Assembly (NCBI GenBank): GCA_963823555.1
Contig: CAWGMA010000001.1
Location: 1,760,001-1,824,000, forward strand
DNA length: 64,000 nt
Direction of reading: 5' to 3'
Origin: Candidatus Eiseniibacteriota bacterium
GTDB lineage: Bacteria > Eisenbacteria > RBG-16-71-46 > CAVPCR01
In this document: positions 61,011-64,000 of the stretch, piece by piece
Numbering within the stretch: the first letter of the stretch is position 1
Layout of the letters: each line of letters opens with the position of its first letter
Notes under the pieces: generated by a model
Seen by the model: only the letters and a program-made list of their open reading frames with translations
Database searches by the model: none
Told to the model about the DNA's origin: nothing
Translations under genes and position numbers: made by a program

Positions 61011-63179
61011 TCAGGCGGCACGGGCCCGCGAATCGGTCCTCGGCACCTCCCGGCCCGGGCGGTTGCCGGCCAGGAAGCTCGCCACCTCCGCCGCCGGCAT
61101 GGGCCGGGCGAAGAGATACCCTTGCATCAAGGCGCAACCGCTGGCCAGGAGCACGTCTCGCTGCTTCTCGGTCTCCACTCCCTCGGCCAGGGGTTCGACA
61201 CCGAGGGCATGGGACAGGGCGACGATGGCCGCCACGATGGTGGCATCCCGCGCGCTGTCGTCCACGTCCTTGATGAACGCGCGGTCGATCTTCAGCACGT
61301 CGATGGGGAAACGCTTGAGGTAGCCCAGCGAGGAGTAGCCCGTGCCGAAGTCATCGATCGCGATCCTGAAGCCGCAGTCCTTGAGCTCGCGCAGCATGCG
61401 CTCACCCGCTTCCAGGTTCTCGACCAGGACACTCTCGGTGATTTCCAGCGTGACCCGACCGGGATCGAAACCGGCCTCGTGCACCAAGCCCAGGATCTCC
61501 GCGGCCAGGGTCGGGTTCTTGAACTGCTGCCCGGAGATGTTGATGGAGACATAGATCGGTGGCAGACCTTCCGCATCCCACTCCCGCACCTGCCGCAGGG
61601 CCTTCCGCACCGACTGCTCGGTGAGCTCACCGATCAGCCCCAAACGCTCCGCCAGCGCCACGAAGTGGGCCGCGCTGACGCAGCCGACCTGGGGGTGCGT
61701 CCACCGTGAGAGCACCTCGACCCCGACGACACGGTCGGTCCTGGCATCGACGAGCGGTTGATAGTGCACGTTCATCTCCCGGCCGCGCACCGCACGTCGG
61801 AGCCCGGTCTCGAGGATGAAACTCTGCATGGCCTGTTCATGCATCGATCGGTTGAAGAAGGCAAACGTGTTGCGTCCGGCGTCCTTCGCCTGGTGAACGG
61901 CAATATCGGCGTTCTTCAGGAGATCCGCGAACTGCACCCCATCATCCGGAAACATGCTGATACCAATGCTGCCGGAGAGATAGATGTCCCCGGCATCGTG
62001 TTGCAGCGGAGCGCGGAGCGCCTCTAGGATCCGCGCCGCCATGGTGGCCGCCTCCTCGACCGAGGCGAGGTCGACGAGCGCCAGCAGGAATTCATCCCCA
62101 CCCAGGCGTGCGACCGAGTTGGCGGCTTCGCCGTCATCGCTGCGTCCCGGTTCACGGCTCACGCAGACCACCTCTTCGAGGCGCCTCCCGACCTCGGCGA
62201 GCACCGCATCCCCCACCTTGTGGCCCAGTGAGTCGTTGATCTGCTTGAAGCTGTCGAGGTTGAGCAGCATGCTCGCCAGCTTGCGGTCGCGGCGCCGCGC
62301 ATGGGCCATGGAATCCCGGAACCGATTGGCGAACAGAGCCCGGTTGGGCAGTCCAGTCAGCGCATCGTAGTAGGCAAGCGTCCGGATCTGCTCCTCGGCG
62401 CGCACGCGATCCGTGATGTCCTGCATCGTACCGCGAATGCTGAGGAGCTCGCCGCCGCGATGCCGCACCGGCTCGGCCCGAACGTGCACGAATCGCGGCT
62501 CGTCGCCGTTGGCCTGGAGCCGGTGTTGCTGGTCGAGCCCCGTCTCCCCGTGCAGCAGGGCGCCCATGGCCTGCTCCACGGCGGCCCGATCCTCGGGATG
62601 AACGACGCCCAGGTAGCTCTGCAGCCCCGCCGTCGCCTCCGCATCGAGGCCGAGCAGCGCGTCGACCTGCGCCGAGCGACGGAAGAGACCGGAGCCCAGG
62701 TCGAGCTCCCAGTGACCGAGGCGCGCTATGCGCTGGGCATCGGCCAGCCGCGATTCGCTGCTCCTGAGGGCGGACATCATGCTGTCCGCACGCAGCATGA
62801 AGCGGACACGATGGCTCAGCATCGGCGGGCTGATCGGCTTGGCGGCGAAGTCCGTGGCCCCGACCTCGAACGAACGATGAAACGCCTGGACATCGTCGAG
62901 CCCGGTGAGCATGAGCACCGGGACACCGCTGCCCGCTGGCAGAGCCCGGATCGCAGCGCAGGCAGCGAAACCATCGAGCTTCGGCATGAGCACATCCAGG
63001 ATGACGAGGTCGGGTTCCAGCGCCGACGCCAGATCGACGCCCTCGGCGCCGTCCCCGGCCTCGACGACCTCGAATCCGGACTCACGAAGCACGTTGCTCA
63101 GAATGAAGCGCCCCGTCACGTCATCGTCCACGACGAGGATCACCGGCCGTTCCCGGGTGAGCGTTTGATCAAGCGGCAT
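61011..63179 (-). CDS. REC-PAS-GGDEF-EAL c-di-GMP signalling protein
   Basis: LVVDDD..LDVLMP; YDALTGLPNR; ARLGGDEF; EVL.RW; IDDFGTGYSSL. Confidence 0.93.
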   Translation of the reverse strand: MPLDQTLTRERPVILVVDDDVTGRFILSNVLRESGFEVVEAGDGAEGVDLASALEPDLVILDVLMPKLDGFAACAAIRALPAGSGVPVLMLTGLDDVQAFHRSFEVGATDFAAKPISPPMLSHRVRFMLRADSMMSALRSSESRLADAQRIARLGHWELDLGSGLFRRSAQVDALLGLDAEATAGLQSYLGVVHPEDRAAVEQAMGALLHGETGLDQQHRLQANGDEPRFVHVRAEPVRHRGGELLSIRGTMQDITDRVRAEEQIRTLAYYDALTGLPNRALFANRFRDSMAHARRRDRKLASMLLNLDSFKQINDSLGHKVGDAVLAEVGRRLEEVVCVSREPGRSDDGEAANSVARLGGDEFLLALVDLASVEEAATMAARILEALRAPLQHDAGDIYLSGSIGISMFPDDGVQFADLLKNADIAVHQAKDAGRNTFAFFNRSMHEQAMQSFILETGLRRAVRGREMNVHYQPLVDARTDRVVGVEVLSRWTHPQVGCVSAAHFVALAERLGLIGELTEQSVRKALRQVREWDAEGLPPIYVSINISGQQFKNPTLAAEILGLVHEAGFDPGRVTLEITESVLVENLEAGERMLRELKDCGFRIAIDDFGTGYSSLGYLKRFPIDVLKIDRAFIKDVDDSARDATIVAAIVALSHALGVEPLAEGVETEKQRDVLLASGCALMQGYLFARPMPAAEVASFLAGNRPGREVPRTDSRARAA

Positions 63180-64000
63180 CGCGGTCCTCGTTCAGACAGG
63201 CGACCAGGGCTTCGGCGACTCGCTCGTACTCGCTCTCGATCCTGACGATCGTCGAGCGCACGGCCTCGGACGCGGGTGTGGAAGCCTCGCGCTCGACATG
63301 AAGACATAGCTTCGAGAGCCGGCGCGCCCCGAGGAGCGCGCTCGATGACTTGAGGGTATGAGCGACCCGTTCCACGATCTCGGCGTCGCCGTCGATCTGT
63401 GCCTGATGGAGTTCGGCAAGTCGGGCCGGAGCGTCGCGCATGAAGCCCTCGATGGCTCCCCGCAGGATGCGATCACCACCGGGACAATTGCGGATGGCAT
63501 CGAGCGCACTCTGATCCAGCATCTCGTCGCTGTGTTCGTTTCCCGGCCCGCCCGACTGATCCGAGACCGGATGAGCCTCGGAGTCGGCAATCGGCGTATT
63601 CGCAGGCCGCCACTTTTCGATCATGCTCACCAGCTCCTCATGGCGAATGGGTTTGGACAGATAACCGTTCATTCCAGCGGAGAGACAGCGCTCGCGCTCT
63701 CCAGCCATCGCTGCCGCCGTGAGCGCCACGATCGATGTGCGCGGGCGACCCAGGGTGCGCTCGATCGAGCGGATGGACATGGTGGCCTGATAGCCGTCGA
63801 GCTCGGGCATCATGCAATCCATGAAGATGAGATCGAAGCGCTCCTTCTGTACCGCCTCGACGGCAAGCCGTCCGTTGCCGGCCACCGCAACCTCACATCC
63901 GAGACCCTTGAGGAACCCGACAGCGACCTGCTGATTCACCACGTTGTCCTCGACGAGCAGCACGCGCAGCCCGGCGAATCGGGCTTGATGGTCGGGGGCC
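63169..64000 (-). CDS. C-terminal REC and Hpt domains, probably of a hybrid histidine kinase (5' truncated)
   Basis: LLVEDN, MDC.MP.LDG, KP; AHTLKSSS Hpt motif; frame open to the window edge. Confidence 0.88.
   Translation of the reverse strand, partial: APDHQARFAGLRVLLVEDNVVNQQVAVGFLKGLGCEVAVAGNGRLAVEAVQKERFDLIFMDCMMPELDGYQATMSIRSIERTLGRPRTSIVALTAAAMAGERERCLSAGMNGYLSKPIRHEELVSMIEKWRPANTPIADSEAHPVSDQSGGPGNEHSDEMLDQSALDAIRNCPGGDRILRGAIEGFMRDAPARLAELHQAQIDGDAEIVERVAHTLKSSSALLGARRLSKLCLHVEREASTPASEAVRSTIVRIESEYERVAEALVACLNEDRDAA

Overview
High-GC (visually about 68-70%) bacterial chromosomal segment with no phage, transposase or CRISPR signal. The secreted proteins carry FlgD/T9SS-like C-terminal domains or a TWGRIK tail, which suggests (inference only) a Ca. 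Eisenbacteria/Latescibacterota-like lineage. Housekeeping content: dnaK, a Do/DegP protease, moaA-moaC-mog-moeA, class II RNR nrdJ, thrS, tRNA-Asp/Leu/Cys, murQ with a sugar ABC transporter and a SpoIID-like enzyme, an iorAB-like molybdoenzyme, a Na+/H+ antiporter and c-di-GMP signalling genes. Most notable: (1) an ~11 kb operon with a sigma54-type promoter encoding a giant repeat protein with a T9SS-like CTD, a PorV/PorQ-like barrel, a large TPR protein, ExbB/ExbD/ExbD/TonB and an FlgD-like protein, a candidate TonB-energised surface-protein export system; (2) an unlisted membrane microprotein with an in-frame UGA followed by an fdhF-like SECIS hairpin (candidate selenoprotein); (3) an apparently catalytically dead HisB fold fused to an RNase E-like disordered tail; (4) a complex I operon reduced to nuoA-E-H-J-K-L-M-N behind a Rex-like box. 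Four genes have single-base frameshifts that look like sequencing errors. All calls are from motif reading by eye; no database search was run.
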